This document shows positions 45,503 through 54,476 of a stretch of DNA of 56,971 nt, one piece after another. Made by a program: the position numbers and the translations under genes. The notes under the pieces were generated by a model that had not been told where the DNA came from, made no database searches, and was given only the letters and a program-made list of their open reading frames with translations. How positions within the stretch are numbered: the stretch's first letter is position 1; each line of letters opens with the position of its first letter. Location of the stretch: the NCBI GenBank assembly GCA_038207085.1, contig JBBRAE010000019.1, forward strand, positions 1-56,971, in the 5' to 3' direction. This stretch comes from Armatimonadota bacterium. GTDB lineage: Bacteria; Armatimonadota; UBA5829; DTLH01.

Positions 45503-46617
45503 CCTTCGACGTATACGCGGGGAATTGAGGGGTTTGTGGTCACACGCCGCGCCGGGATGATCACCTCGTCACCGATCTCAGCTGAAATATCCGTCACATC
45601 GACCGAGCACATCTGCATCGCGATTCGCCCAACGACCGGAGCCCATTTTGGGCCGATCTTAACGCAGAGCGCAGGCTTCCCAAGATATCGAGAAAACGCC
45701 AGACGCCCGATCGACCTTCTTGAGACGCTTTCGGGCGTAAGCGTGAGCCCATCGGCCCATCCAAGTGGAATCACAGCAATGCGGCTCTCGCGCCTAGTCC
45801 GAAACTCCGCCCCATAGCCGATGTTCGAGCCCGAGGGAACGGTCTTGACGAAGCTGATCCTCGCTTTGAGCCTCCAAGTATCGGCAAGCTCAAGAGTTCT
45901 CGGCACATGCCCCGAGGGGTATTGCCCGTAGAGAATCGTCCCCACGCGCACCATGTCAAGCCTGCTCTCCGGCATTCGGATAATCGCTGCGCTGTTTGCC
46001 GCGTGCAAGACACCGGGGTCAAGCGAGGCGCTTCTGATGGCATCCACTGCCGAGTTAAACCGAGCAAGCTGCTCACGGGCGAGCGCGAGGTCTTTCTCAG
46101 AGGAGGTAGCAAAGTGGGTATAGGTCCCGGCCTGAACAACATCCGGTGCTTCTGCGATTTTCTCAGCCATTGCGACTGCGTCTTTCGGGAGCACGCCCAA
46201 GCGCCCCATACCGGAATCGATCTTGAGATGGACGAGAGCCGTCTTTCCAGCCTCAAAAGCCGCGCGCGAGATCGCATCGATTAGTTCCGAGGTGCAGACC
46301 GTGAGATCGACATCGAGACTAACTGCGTAGGCCGCCGTCTCGGGCTGGATCGACTCAAAAACGAGCACGGGAGAGATCACCCCGGACGCCCGAAGGCTCG
46401 CGGCCTCATCAAGCCTCGTCACGGCAAGCGCATCGGCACCGGCGTCGATCATGGCCTTCGCCGCACCGACCAGTCCGTGCCCGTAAGCGTCCGCCTTTAC
46501 GACCGCCATCAACGCAACACTCTCGCCAATCGCCTCGCGCACCCGCATTACGTTGTTCTTTATAGCGGACAGGTTGACCTCAACCCAGGCGCTGTGTGTC
46601 TCGCTCAAGTTCTCCAC
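45499..46617 (-). CDS. alr: Alanine racemase
   Basis: AVVKADAYGHG (PLP lysine), HLKIDSGMGRLG, HAANSA, IGYG and VVGRIAM. Confidence 0.92.
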   Translation of the reverse strand: MENLSETHSAWVEVNLSAIKNNVMRVREAIGESVALMAVVKADAYGHGLVGAAKAMIDAGADALAVTRLDEAASLRASGVISPVLVFESIQPETAAYAVSLDVDLTVCTSELIDAISRAAFEAGKTALVHLKIDSGMGRLGVLPKDAVAMAEKIAEAPDVVQAGTYTHFATSSEKDLALAREQLARFNSAVDAIRSASLDPGVLHAANSAAIIRMPESRLDMVRVGTILYGQYPSGHVPRTLELADTWRLKARISFVKTVPSGSNIGYGAEFRTRRESRIAVIPLGWADGLTLTPESVSRRSIGRLAFSRYLGKPALCVKIGPKWAPVVGRIAMQMCSVDVTDISAEIGDEVIIPARRVTTNPSIPRVYVEG

Positions 46618-46733
46618 CTTTTCCTACAGAGATAGCACTGGTAGTTTACAACACTGGGGGGTCGATTTCAATAGCACAATCCCCCGTTAGCTGCTATACT
46701 ACAAAATATCACACGATTAAGAATGGAGCCGAG

Positions 46734-47570
46734 ATGGAGCTAGCTCTGCCTGTTGTCTACGTAACCGCCGATACTCTTCCCGAAGCCTGGGAAACCGCCG
46801 TCCTTCGCACCTGGCAAGAAGGGGCCGCGATTGAAACTCAATACGACAAACCTGGTGACCCGCCGAGCAGGGATGTTACCGCGGTAATTGCCGTCGCGGA
46901 CCCGTTCGCCGAGCCACGCATCCACCGCGCCTTCCCTGGTGGTATCGTAGAACTTGAAGCCTATCGCCAAGAGGTCGTCGACGGAATTCACGACCACTGG
47001 GTCAACCCCGAAGAGGGCAAGTGGGAGTATACCTATCACGAAAGAATCGCCGCCTACTCCGTGCCCGGGCTCGATGCGCCCATCGACCAGCTTGAGTACG
47101 TCATAAACGCGCTCGCCGAAGCCCCTCACACCCGTCGCGCGCAGGCCATCACCTGGAAACCCTGGGAGGACGCCGGTATTCACGACCCCGCATGCCTGCA
47201 GCGGCTCTGGTTCCGGGTGCTCGGCGACAAGCTAGTATTAAATGCGCACATGAGGTCAAACGACGCGTTCAAAGCCGCGTTTATGAATATGTTCGCCTTC
47301 ACGGATCTTCAGAGGGTCGTCGCCGAAGAGCTCTCAAAGCGCCTCGGGCGCAAGATAACTCCTGGGCAGTACACCCACATCTCCGACTCGTTCCATATCT
47401 ACGGCAGCTACTTCGCAGAGTTTGAAGGGTTTCTTAACACCCTCAAACAGCGGGAGTTCGACGAGCGCACGTTTAGGACCGAAGACGTGCAGGAGATCAT
47501 CGACGAAGCCCGCGTGCAGATCGCCACGTCGCTTGAATCAGAGAAGTCTACCGGGAGAGTCGGACTGTAA
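46734..47570 (+). CDS. thyA: Thymidylate synthase, archaeal-type ThyA-like
   Basis: YTYHERI, TRRAQAITW, PACLQ (catalytic Cys), MRSND and SFHIY. Start at ATG 46734 after GGAG. Confidence 0.75.
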   Translation: MELALPVVYVTADTLPEAWETAVLRTWQEGAAIETQYDKPGDPPSRDVTAVIAVADPFAEPRIHRAFPGGIVELEAYRQEVVDGIHDHWVNPEEGKWEYTYHERIAAYSVPGLDAPIDQLEYVINALAEAPHTRRAQAITWKPWEDAGIHDPACLQRLWFRVLGDKLVLNAHMRSNDAFKAAFMNMFAFTDLQRVVAEELSKRLGRKITPGQYTHISDSFHIYGSYFAEFEGFLNTLKQREFDERTFRTEDVQEIIDEARVQIATSLESEKSTGRVGL

Positions 47571-47746
47571 TACTTTTGGGGTGCGGCATCGAGTCTGTAT
47601 GCTGCTGGAACGATTCGTCTCGCCCACTTCTCAAGTCCAAGAAGGCTTAGTTCCCGCAGTAGCGAATTTCGGGTCCCCGGTAAAACGAAATCGTGCTTGA
47701 GTTGAGCGTGAGCGGATTTCGTTTTGTCGATATTTATCGGACTCGG

Positions 47747-48181
47747 CTACGGGTATTGGGTGTTGGCGGCATTGGCGTTGGATTCTTGTTTTTTATCGCG
47801 ATGTTTGGTCAGGGCGTTGATTGCTCGGTAGAGGTGGGTGTCTACAGAGCGCTCAAACTTGATTATTCGGTCGTAGCATAGTCCGGGGCGGCCGAGGGCG
47901 GGGTTGCGGCCTATCATTCGGGTCTCCATTGCCGAGGCTAGTTTGAGTCGCCACAGGCAGCGGGCTATGCGCTGGACCAGCTCGTCCTCGATTGGGTCGC
48001 GTGGGAAATATTGCGTTTTCATGCGGTCCAGAACCTCTTCGTAGGACTCGGGGCAGGTCTCGACCATCGTTTCGAACGCCTGGGGGCTCTTTGCCGTGAG
48101 GCCGTGCTTCAGGGCGTTCATGCTGCTTCGGCGTTTGCCTTCCTCGGTCTTTGGGCCTCGGCGGTTGGGGGTTTGTGACAT
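47747..48181 (-). CDS. Conserved hypothetical protein (GPKTxEGK..S..NALKHGL family)
   Basis: Recognisable N-terminal motif plus E..LV.RIA.C.WRL; AGGAGG RBS. Confidence 0.75.
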   Translation of the reverse strand: MSQTPNRRGPKTEEGKRRSSMNALKHGLTAKSPQAFETMVETCPESYEEVLDRMKTQYFPRDPIEDELVQRIARCLWRLKLASAMETRMIGRNPALGRPGLCYDRIIKFERSVDTHLYRAINALTKHRDKKQESNANAANTQYP

Positions 48182-48193
48182 GGTTTTTTCCTC

Positions 48194-48433
48194 CTAATCT
48201 TTGAACGTGCCGTCTTCGGTCATTCGGGTGGCGGCTTCGATCATTTGGCTGATGGCGTCCTGTGGGTCCTGCTCCGCGACGGTGATTACCTGGGTTTTGA
48301 TGAGCCCGGCGACGATATCGGCGGCGCTCTCGGGGTCGGACTCGTCGAGGTAGCTTTGGAACCTGTCCATAGCTCGCAGGACGACCGTGGTGCATTTCTT
48401 TGCGATCTTTTCTGACTGGGATGTGTTTAGCAT
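48194..48433 (-). CDS. Hypothetical protein (79 aa)
   Basis: AAGGAG RBS before ATG 48433; ends 12 nt before the next gene. Confidence 0.55.
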   Translation of the reverse strand: MLNTSQSEKIAKKCTTVVLRAMDRFQSYLDESDPESAADIVAGLIKTQVITVAEQDPQDAISQMIEAATRMTEDGTFKD

Positions 48434-48863
48434 CTTGGTTCTCCTTTTGGGTTTGTGGGGTTTGGGGTGCTCGGAAAGTTGTTCTCCATAATTATAAGAC
48501 AACAACTCGGGCAAAAACTGGAATCATGGGGGAGAACTTTTTGTTAAATGTTGTTCACTGGTTGTGAGGGTTGTTGAAACACGAAAGGCACGAAGAAATG
48601 CGAAGGACACGAAATGGGGTTGGCGGAGACTTGGGGGTTGGGTGGCGAGACTGGTGTATGCTGCGGGAACGTCTCTTGCCACAGACTGACGGGTGTTCCA
48701 ACCAACTAAGTTCCCGCAGCCCGTGCATCTTCCAAGTCCAAAGGCTAGAAAAGGGCTCCGTCCCCATATTATTCCTTGACCAGGATACACCCATTGGCAA
48801 CGTAGAGAGTATCTACCTTGTTCTCAATGAGCATATACAGGAACAGCCCCCAGAGGAGCAACA

Positions 48864-49000
48864 ATGAACGTCACCGTAGCAATCACAGGCTGCGGCAATA
48901 TCAGCCGCTTCGATTTCTCGGGATTCGAAAAGGCGGTAGCGCAGGTCAAGTGGGTCTGCGACCTGAACGAAGCTGCCGCGCGTCCTTGCATCCCGTCCTA
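48864..49000 (+). pseudogene. N-terminal remnant of a Gfo/Idh/MocA oxidoreductase
   Basis: GAGGAG RBS then MNVTVAITGCGNISRF....VKWVCDLNEAAARP; similarity ends where the convergent GH127 gene ends. Confidence 0.6.
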
Positions 49001-50833
49001 CATGCCGATCGCAGGCAGGGCGCTGAATGTTTCGTCCGTTACCTGCCAGTAGGGCATATAGACGTGGTCGGGAGCGCCTTCTATGTTGAAGTGCAACGGC
49101 TTGCCCTCTATCGGCCTCAAGCTCTCAATAAGCCGCTCTGTCGGAACGGGCAAGTCCACTGTAGATCCTCCGTGTCCGACGTCTACAATCGGCCCTACTG
49201 CCGCCATCAGGACGGGGCCATACAGAAGACCGTAGCGATCCTTATTCCAAGCTATCTCATCAATCCCCGTGTAGAGCAGGAGCCGGAAAGATATGGGTAG
49301 AGTGAAGCTGACAATGTCACCATCAGCCCAGATGCGATCTAGGGCAAGGAATGTTCCGGGCTTGCCCGCCGCGACCTCTTTGCCATTGACCATGACTGGC
49401 ATATCAGATGAAGCCCATCCAGGCACTCGCACCCGCAGGTTCATCTTGACTGCGGAGGACGCCTTCACCCGAAGCGTGACTTTCGGCTCAAATGGGAAAT
49501 GCGTCTCCATCGCAACCGTGAGCGCTGTTCCACCTATATTCAGGTCCATCTCTGACGACTCAAACAGGTTCACATAGAGCCCATCACCGGCGATCGAGTA
49601 GATATACTCAGGAAGCGTGCCGATAAGCCGAGATCCGTGGACCTCGCAGCATGTGTTCTGCATGTTAGGCGTCTGTTTAGCTGTCTCAAGAATCGCGTGA
49701 TAGCGGATACCATCAGATGTGACGTTTGCGAAAGCGGCGTTGTAGATGGACTTCTCTATTTCGGCGACGTACTTCTCCTGATCAGGGAAGAGCCGGTGAA
49801 ATCTCTGGTTGAACCGTATCCAGAACACACTTCCGCAGAGCTCGCCGGTGCAAGCTATCGGGTAGGTCTTGGGGAAGTAGTGTTTGCCCTCACAGATAGC
49901 CCAAGTGCCGCCAATGTGCTGCCAATTCTCGACCAACATCTCCCAGGCACCGACCATAGCCTCGATATACTTCCTGTCTCCCGTGGCCATGTAGTGGTCA
50001 AGATACGCCTCGAAGCCGGTGATCTCGTAGCAGTGAGGTCGGTCGAGGGAATAGTCGTAGATGGCTGTGAGGTCTCTAGCAATCAGCTTGTCCATCCACC
50101 AGTCCTGAACGTAGTACTTCTCGGCCACCTGCAGATCTTCGGGCTTGCCCGCCGGTGAGAAGTACATTTGGGTGCTCGCGGTGTGGCCCTGAAGCCCGAG
50201 CGACAGATAGATGAGTTCCGAACGATACTTGCACTCGTTGAACCAGTCGTGGCCCTTTCGGATCAGACTGAGGGCCTTCAGGTTTGCGCTCTTTGCCGCG
50301 TCAAGCATCCCTTGAGTAAACCAGCAGCGCGCGTAGTTCGCCTGTTCGTTGTGCAAGAATCCCTCGGGCGGAAAGGCGTAGACGTAGCCATTCTCCTCCT
50401 GGCAGTCTTCCACTCCGTCGACGATCTCGTCCATCCTGCGCCTGAGCTCGGCATGTTCCATCCAGCGAAGCGTATTTCCTGCTCCCATCAAGAAACGTCC
50501 CGCTTCGGAACCGAGGAGATCGACGCACCAGAAGGGGATTTCCTTAGTTAAGTCCCGTTCCCGCACCGGATTCGGTTTCCCCGCGCGAACGCGAAACGGG
50601 TACAGCATCTCGTTCACACTGAAGGACTTCAGCAGATACTCAATGTTGGCATCCATGAACTGCCGGAATAGCCCGTGCTCGTTCACTCGAACGCCCCCGA
50701 TCGGCACCGACACGTCCGTTTCCACAGGCTTCCACTCCGCAGGGTCACTCGCCGTCTGCCTTGTCTTGTATATGAGTCTCAACTCGTCCATCTGTTTCAT
50801 TCGATTCATGCTGCAATTCTCACTTTCTGCCAA
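48998..50833 (-). CDS. Glycoside hydrolase family 127/146 (beta-L-arabinofuranosidase-like, DUF1680)
   Basis: GELCGS, EIEKSIYN, TCCEVHG and GLYVNLF...T.FP...LRVRVPGWA...YGPVL. The true start may be a downstream ATG (about 50809). Confidence 0.82.
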   Translation of the reverse strand: MAESENCSMNRMKQMDELRLIYKTRQTASDPAEWKPVETDVSVPIGGVRVNEHGLFRQFMDANIEYLLKSFSVNEMLYPFRVRAGKPNPVRERDLTKEIPFWCVDLLGSEAGRFLMGAGNTLRWMEHAELRRRMDEIVDGVEDCQEENGYVYAFPPEGFLHNEQANYARCWFTQGMLDAAKSANLKALSLIRKGHDWFNECKYRSELIYLSLGLQGHTASTQMYFSPAGKPEDLQVAEKYYVQDWWMDKLIARDLTAIYDYSLDRPHCYEITGFEAYLDHYMATGDRKYIEAMVGAWEMLVENWQHIGGTWAICEGKHYFPKTYPIACTGELCGSVFWIRFNQRFHRLFPDQEKYVAEIEKSIYNAAFANVTSDGIRYHAILETAKQTPNMQNTCCEVHGSRLIGTLPEYIYSIAGDGLYVNLFESSEMDLNIGGTALTVAMETHFPFEPKVTLRVKASSAVKMNLRVRVPGWASSDMPVMVNGKEVAAGKPGTFLALDRIWADGDIVSFTLPISFRLLLYTGIDEIAWNKDRYGLLYGPVLMAAVGPIVDVGHGGSTVDLPVPTERLIESLRPIEGKPLHFNIEGAPDHVYMPYWQVTDETFSALPAIGM

Positions 50834-50933
50834 TCAGGAATTCAAGCCTGTGCTTGCACCTCGATTCCCTGTGTGCCTGATGATATGATTATAGCAAAAC
50901 GGCAGACCCAATGGAAGCAGTTGAACGTCGCTG

Positions 50934-50961
50934 TTGACAAATAAACAACATATGATATAAT
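50934..50961 (+). promoter_or_regulatory. Consensus sigma70 promoter with an overlapping inverted repeat (candidate FadR/GntR operator)
   Basis: TTGACA-16 nt-TATAAT with TG extension; TGTTG-N9-CAACA at 50932-50950. Confidence 0.7.
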
Positions 50962-51035
50962 TCCAGTAGTTTGAGTGCATATCCTGTGGACGAGGTACTG
51001 CCATCAATATTCTGAGTAAACTTACTGGCCAGTCT

Positions 51036-51713
51036 ATGGTCGACGCTGTCGTGGAGAGGCTCACCCGAGCCATCGTTGGAGGCGAGATCGCTGAAGGCGA
51101 AACTTTGCCGACCGAAGGAGAGTTGTGCGAACAGCTTGGCGTCAGCCGAAGCGTGCTTCGGGAGGCTATCAGGGTGCTTTCGTTTTGCGGACTACTTGAA
51201 GTCAAGCAGGGACGCGGAACTATCGTATGCACCCCCAAGGAAAGCATTCCTCAGGACGCAATCGCGATGTTCGTAGAGGCCAACAACGTGTCGCTCGAGC
51301 ATATGATGGAGTTTCGCGCACCCATCGAGGTAGAAGTTGCCCGGCTCGCGGCATTGAGAAGAGACGATGAGCAGCTTAGGACGATGCAAGATTCATTGGA
51401 CACTATCTTGTCCAGTCTCCAGAGCCTCGAAACGTGCATAGAAGCGGATACAGCATTCCACCACGCGCTCGTCGCAGCCACTGGAAACCCTGTGTTCGCG
51501 ATCACGATTCACCCCATCAGTAATCTCCTGAGAAGAAGCAGAATACTCACTATCAAGCATTTTGGCATTGAAGTCGTTATCGAACACCATGTAACAATAC
51601 TCGACGCCGTGCGAAGACAGGATTCTGAAGCCGCGGCGGTGGCCATGTCTCTCCACATGAGCCATACAAGTGCCAACCTGAGAGACATCGGTTTGCACGA
51701 GGAGACGAATTGA
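51036..51713 (+). CDS. FadR/GntR family transcriptional regulator
   Basis: LPTEGELCEQLGVSRSVLREAI..L...GL HTH; FCD domain with D.AFH..L..ATGNP and EH..I. Confidence 0.92.
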   Translation: MVDAVVERLTRAIVGGEIAEGETLPTEGELCEQLGVSRSVLREAIRVLSFCGLLEVKQGRGTIVCTPKESIPQDAIAMFVEANNVSLEHMMEFRAPIEVEVARLAALRRDDEQLRTMQDSLDTILSSLQSLETCIEADTAFHHALVAATGNPVFAITIHPISNLLRRSRILTIKHFGIEVVIEHHVTILDAVRRQDSEAAAVAMSLHMSHTSANLRDIGLHEETN

Positions 51714-52987
51714 TGCGGATCGATTTCCCTTACCCCGGCACCCATATCGACATTCCCGATCATAACCTTGTCGGCATCTTCTCGCTTCCCAAGCGCGGGG
51801 TAACGCAAACTGAGGATGAAGTAATCAAGCATGCTTTGCGCGCCCCCATCGGATCTGCGGCGCTAAGCGAACTAGCCGGACAAGACAAGTCAGTCCTGAT
51901 AGTCTGCGACGATGTTGCCCGCCCCACCCCAGCCTGGAAAGTAATCCCCCACGTAATCGAGGAACTTCACGTCAGTGGCGTAGCGGACGAGAACATCGAG
52001 TTAATGATGGCCCTTGGGACCCACCGACCCATGACCGAAACCGAGATGAGGGCAAAGGTCGGAGACGATATCTTCGACAGCTACAAGGTCCACAACCACG
52101 AGTGGAACAACCCCGATGCGCTGGAGTATATGGGGAAAACCGACCGGGGCGTCGAAGTCTGGGTCAACAAGAAGGTCGGACAAGCGGACTTGGTAATCGG
52201 AATCGGTCGAATCATGCCCATTGAAGTCTGCGGGTTCACCGGCGGCGGCAAAATCCTTATCCCAGGCTGTTGCGGTGAGATCACCAACAGCGATATGCAC
52301 TGGACACGAGTTGATGTACCAAGCAGTGAGATCATCGGCAGGCGGGACAACCCAATTAGAGCCTCGATAGATGCCTTAGCCCGAAAAGCCGGTCTCGATT
52401 TCATAGTGAATGTCTTGATGGACTCTGGAGGCAGGATCGTAGACTGCGTTGCCGGAGACCTGGTTGAAGCCCACCGCGCAGGATGCGAGAAAGCGCGAGC
52501 ACTCCATGAAGTGCGCATTCCTGAACTTTCCGACATAGTCGTTGTCGACGGTTACCCATTCGATATAGAGTTCTGGCAGGTGAACAAGGCGCTCGACACT
52601 GCCGGCCTCGTGGTGCGCGACGGCGGAGTCGTTATCTGCGTCTCACCTTGCCGGGAAGGTCTCTCGGTCACGCATGCAGACGTATTGCTGGAGTTCGGCT
52701 ACAGACCCAAACAAGAGGTAAAGCGACTCGTGAAGTCGGGGGCAATACATCATAAGGTCGTCGGCGTCCACATGATCCAGGTGGCCGATGTGGCGATCGA
52801 GAAGGCGAAGGTGTATCTGGTCACGGATGGCATCGGCATCTGTGCGGAGGATATTAGCAGAGTCGGTCTGAATCATGCTGCGACGCCGCAACACGCACTG
52901 GAAGCTGCCTTCGATCACCTCGGAAGAGACGCGCGTGTAACGGTGCTTAGATCGGCGGCGGAGATGCTCCCCGTAATTGGTCAATAA
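51713..52987 (+). CDS. Nickel-pincer-dependent lactate racemase (LarA) family protein
   Basis: DDVARPTP, ALGTHRPM, VHNH, GFTGGGKILIPG and WQVNKAL. ATG overlaps the regulator stop (TGATG). Confidence 0.85.
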   Translation: MRIDFPYPGTHIDIPDHNLVGIFSLPKRGVTQTEDEVIKHALRAPIGSAALSELAGQDKSVLIVCDDVARPTPAWKVIPHVIEELHVSGVADENIELMMALGTHRPMTETEMRAKVGDDIFDSYKVHNHEWNNPDALEYMGKTDRGVEVWVNKKVGQADLVIGIGRIMPIEVCGFTGGGKILIPGCCGEITNSDMHWTRVDVPSSEIIGRRDNPIRASIDALARKAGLDFIVNVLMDSGGRIVDCVAGDLVEAHRAGCEKARALHEVRIPELSDIVVVDGYPFDIEFWQVNKALDTAGLVVRDGGVVICVSPCREGLSVTHADVLLEFGYRPKQEVKRLVKSGAIHHKVVGVHMIQVADVAIEKAKVYLVTDGIGICAEDISRVGLNHAATPQHALEAAFDHLGRDARVTVLRSAAEMLPVIGQ

Positions 52988-53005
52988 CAGACAGGATAAG
53001 AACAC

Positions 53006-54460
53006 ATGAGAGTGATCAGGAACTACATCGGCGGAGACTGGGTCGAATCCGTTTCGGGAAAGACCTCAGAGAACATCAACCCCGCCAACAGGGACGAAGT
53101 CATCTGCGAGGTCCAGGCATCGATTCCTCCGGATGCTGAGAACGCGTTCGCGGCAGCAGCGGGGTCATTTTCTGAATGGCGGGCAACCCCAGTCCCAAAG
53201 CGAGCGGAGCTTCTTCGGAAAGCCATTGAGATAATGAAGTCGCGCGAGGAGGAGATGACCCGCACGATCACCCTCGAAAACGGCAAGACCCTTCGGGAGT
53301 CTAAGGGAGAGTTCCTCGCAGCGATCAAAGAGGCCGATTACCAGATAGGACAAGGTTGGCGACTTGGCGGCGAGCATTTGCCATCCGAGCAGCCAGGAGT
53401 ACTTTGCTATCTTACTCGGCAGCCACTTGGGGTAGTGACTTTGATTACCCCGTGGAACTTCCCGCTGAACGTGGCCTGTCGGAAAATGTTTCCGGCGCTC
53501 ATTGCGGGGAATACGGTGGTCCTGAAACCCGCCGACTTCACCCCAATGACCTCGGCACTGCTCTTTGAGATTCTCGACCAGGCTGGTTTCCCTGCCGGGG
53601 TCGTGAACTACATCACCGGGAGGGGTTCGATCATCGGTGACACGCTGACCACTCATTCCGCGGTAAGAGCGATATCGTTCACCGGATCGACTGAGGTTGG
53701 CCTTGGCATAGCGGAAAAGGTGGCTGGCAGGCAGATCAAGATACAGCTCGAACTCGGCGGCAAGAATCCTCTAGTCGTGCTCGCCGACGCTGACCTGGAA
53801 CGAGCAGTTGACGCGGCAGCTCTCGGCGCATACAGTTGCAGTGGCCAGTGGTGCACATCGACCAGCCGCGCCATAGTTGAGGACTCGGTCTACGACTCAT
53901 TTGTTGAGAAGATATCCCAAAGAACTCATGCAATAGTGGTGGGCAACGGTCTGGATGAGGCAACCCAGATGGGTCCGGTTGCAGGCCCGAACCAGTACAA
54001 GACGATCCTCGAATATATCGAGATCGGCAAGTCCGAGGGTGCGAGGCTCTGCACTGGAGGCACGGCCCTTGCAGACGGTGAACTGAGGAAAGGCTATTTC
54101 ATCGCCCCTACCGTCTTCACCGACGTCACCCCGGATATGCGAATAGCCAGGGAAGAGATATTTGGGCCGGTGCTTTCCGTTATGAGGGCAAGGGACTTCG
54201 AAGACGCCCTGGAAATCGCGAACTCCGTGGAATACGGACTCTCTTCGTCCATCTACACGAACGACTTGGATAAGGCTATGAGGTTCGTCGAAGCGAGCGA
54301 GGCCGGATTGTGCCACGTCAATATGCCGACGGCATGGAAGGAGCCCCAGCTCGAGTTCGGAGGGATCAAGGAGTCTGGTCGGGGCCTTCCCGAAGCTGGG
54401 AACACCGGGATCGAAGCGTTCACCGAACACAAATCCGTTTACATAAGGCGCCAACCATAG
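53006..54460 (+). CDS. Aldehyde dehydrogenase (alpha-ketoglutarate semialdehyde dehydrogenase-like)
   Basis: ITPWNFP, FTGSTEVG, LELGGKNP, GQWCT, EEIFGPV and FGGIKESG. Confidence 0.92.
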   Translation: MRVIRNYIGGDWVESVSGKTSENINPANRDEVICEVQASIPPDAENAFAAAAGSFSEWRATPVPKRAELLRKAIEIMKSREEEMTRTITLENGKTLRESKGEFLAAIKEADYQIGQGWRLGGEHLPSEQPGVLCYLTRQPLGVVTLITPWNFPLNVACRKMFPALIAGNTVVLKPADFTPMTSALLFEILDQAGFPAGVVNYITGRGSIIGDTLTTHSAVRAISFTGSTEVGLGIAEKVAGRQIKIQLELGGKNPLVVLADADLERAVDAAALGAYSCSGQWCTSTSRAIVEDSVYDSFVEKISQRTHAIVVGNGLDEATQMGPVAGPNQYKTILEYIEIGKSEGARLCTGGTALADGELRKGYFIAPTVFTDVTPDMRIAREEIFGPVLSVMRARDFEDALEIANSVEYGLSSSIYTNDLDKAMRFVEASEAGLCHVNMPTAWKEPQLEFGGIKESGRGLPEAGNTGIEAFTEHKSVYIRRQP

Positions 54461-54476
54461 ATAGCGAGGAAATCAA

